Shown: one piece after another, positions 63,644 through 64,000 of the stretch | Numbering within the stretch: position 1 is the stretch's first letter | How the letters are laid out: every line of letters starts with the position of its first letter | From: Paraspadella gotoi | Lineage: Eukaryota; Animalia; Chaetognatha | NCBI GenBank assembly: GCA_051294375.1 | Contig: CM119265.1 | Location: 10,992,379-11,056,378 of the forward strand | Direction of reading: 5' to 3' | Length of the DNA stretch: 64,000 nucleotides | Translations under genes and position numbers: made by a program | The notes under the pieces: model-generated | The model's database searches: none | Seen by the model: the letters and a program-made list of their open reading frames with translations, nothing else | Told to the model about the DNA's origin: nothing

Positions 63644-64000
63644 AGGCTCCACGTACGATCGATGTCCTTTTAGACAACGAAATCTAAACTTTGATAATTA
63701 CCATCTTTCTTGATCTCATTAGTTAGTATGAAACTTACTTCATTTAAAAAAACGGTAGTCTCAAGTTATCTCCTTCTTATCACTTAGAACTTCCCAGGTA
63801 AATTTCTATGAGTTAAAAACACGGTAAGACATGATTTCTTCAATGATTGTTTATCTAATCTCATTAACTGCGTAGTTTTAGATATAAGTATGTTCGAATT
63901 TTTATGGTATACGATAATTTTTAAAAGAGTCGAATTCCTCATAAGAATCTTCACGTCTTTTACTTACATAACAGATTTTAGGTAAGACGCCACATTATCT

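Overview
AT-rich, intron-containing animal (probably invertebrate) genomic DNA from a draft assembly with five N-gaps and several noisy duplicated blocks. All readings were made by eye. Host genes: a tandem cluster of MS4A/CD20-like four-transmembrane genes (three on the minus strand at about 17.5-20.0, 21.2-33.9 and 37.5-38.6 kb, plus an inverted fragment at about 5.8-6.1 kb) and the last three coding exons of an ERLIN (SPFH) gene (60.9-61.7 kb, minus). The rest is a dense nested mosaic of mobile DNA: Penelope-like elements with minimal hammerhead ribozymes (one with a GIY-YIG endonuclease remnant, one reduced to two inverted hammerheads), 3' fragments of an RLE (CRE-like) non-LTR retrotransposon, a tRNA-derived SINE sharing its 3' tail with that LINE, a short Gypsy-type LTR element (PBS, PPT, 4-bp TSD) interrupted by two adjacent hAT MITEs, Helentron-like HINEs with internal minisatellites, a decayed hAT-like transposase, and a 2.5-kb palindrome of phased TTAGGG doublets. 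The best candidates for something undescribed are the SINE/CRE-like LINE pairing, the double-hammerhead mini-element with a tail conserved across Penelope families, and the telomere-repeat palindrome. Most ORFs in the supplied track are low-complexity or antisense artefacts.
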